Shown piece after piece: positions 5,112 through 5,297 of a stretch of DNA of 5,297 bases. Position 1 is the first letter of the stretch. Each line of letters begins with the position of its first letter. This stretch comes from a virus. The position numbers and the translations under genes are program-made. The DNA is taken from the IMG/VR virus record IMGVR_UViG_3300045988_028789, positions 1 to 5,297 of that record; one strand, given 5' to 3'. The notes below the pieces were generated by a model that was given only the letters and a program-made list of their open reading frames with translations, was not told where the DNA came from and made no database searches.

Positions 5112-5297
5112 GTGTTTCAAATAACAGAAGCACGAAGAAAACAACTCAACACCAGCGTAATAAAGCCGTCAGAGCAAGAAGATTTCGAATACCTCATCAA
5201 AAAACTTTACAGAGCGCTCAATCGAGCATATACTGTAGAAGAAGCCAAAGCTATCGTAGAAGAAATCTACAAACTCAAGGCCGAAAGAATTGAAAAG
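5112..5297 (+). CDS. Small hypothetical protein spanning the linearisation point (continues at 1..79 by wrap; roughly 65-72 aa depending on start), helical and charged, unknown function
   Basis: The frame is open from 4992 through the wrap to a TAA at 77..79. It contains no ATG. Candidate starts are GTG 5109/5112, or a non-canonical in-frame ATA 5121 placed 6 nt after an SD-like AAGGTGGTG (5106..5114). The translation (..EARRKQLNTSVIKPSEQEDFEYLIKKLYRALNRAYTVEEAKAIVEEIYKLKAERIEKEMSIWHS) looks protein-like. Its stop overlaps the ATG of the next ORF by 13 nt, a coupling pattern. It lies just downstream of the candidate promoter. Confidence 0.3.
   Translation, partial: MFQITEARRKQLNTSVIKPSEQEDFEYLIKKLYRALNRAYTVEEAKAIVEEIYKLKAERIEK
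5243..5297. repeat. Terminal redundancy (copy 2 of 2), identical to 1..55
   Basis: Exact 55/55 identity with the window start. It is consistent with a circular ssDNA phage genome assembled with overlapping ends. Confidence 0.9.

Overview
The window is a complete circular Microviridae genome (ssDNA phage) of the gokushovirus type. It has been linearised with a 55-nt terminal redundancy: positions 1..55 equal 5243..5297, so the unit genome is 5242 nt. All supportable genes lie on the + strand and form one translationally coupled chain with overlapping stop/start codons (ATGGCTAA, TAATG, ATGAGTGA, ATGA, TAATG). In order they are: a small ORF spanning the wrap point (about 5112..79); a 40-aa ORF (67..189); a 39-aa highly basic J/ORF8-like DNA-binding protein (182..301), which is absent from the supplied ORF track; an 80-aa protein with a Cys4 cluster (301..543); the VP3-like internal scaffolding protein (536..1012); the VP1 major capsid protein (1009..2601); a textbook intrinsic terminator hairpin; the VP2 minor capsid/DNA pilot protein (2645..3499); and the VP4 rolling-circle replication initiator (3499..4521), which carries all three rolling-circle Rep motifs. 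The remaining roughly 590 nt (4522..5111, about 11% of the genome) are non-coding and unusually structured. They contain three GC-rich hairpins directly after VP4, a 50-nt perfectly alternating purine/pyrimidine (CACG/CGCG)n tract with Z-DNA potential, an AT-rich block with a 27-bp direct repeat and short GTTGAAA/GTGGAAA reiterations (iteron-like), a 14-bp perfect palindrome TTATCACGTGATAA, and a hairpin/T-run followed by a sigma70-like promoter (TTGTTT-N16-TATAAT) that would drive the gene chain. There are no tRNAs, CRISPR arrays or integrases. Minus-strand and alternate-frame ORFs in the track are judged spurious.
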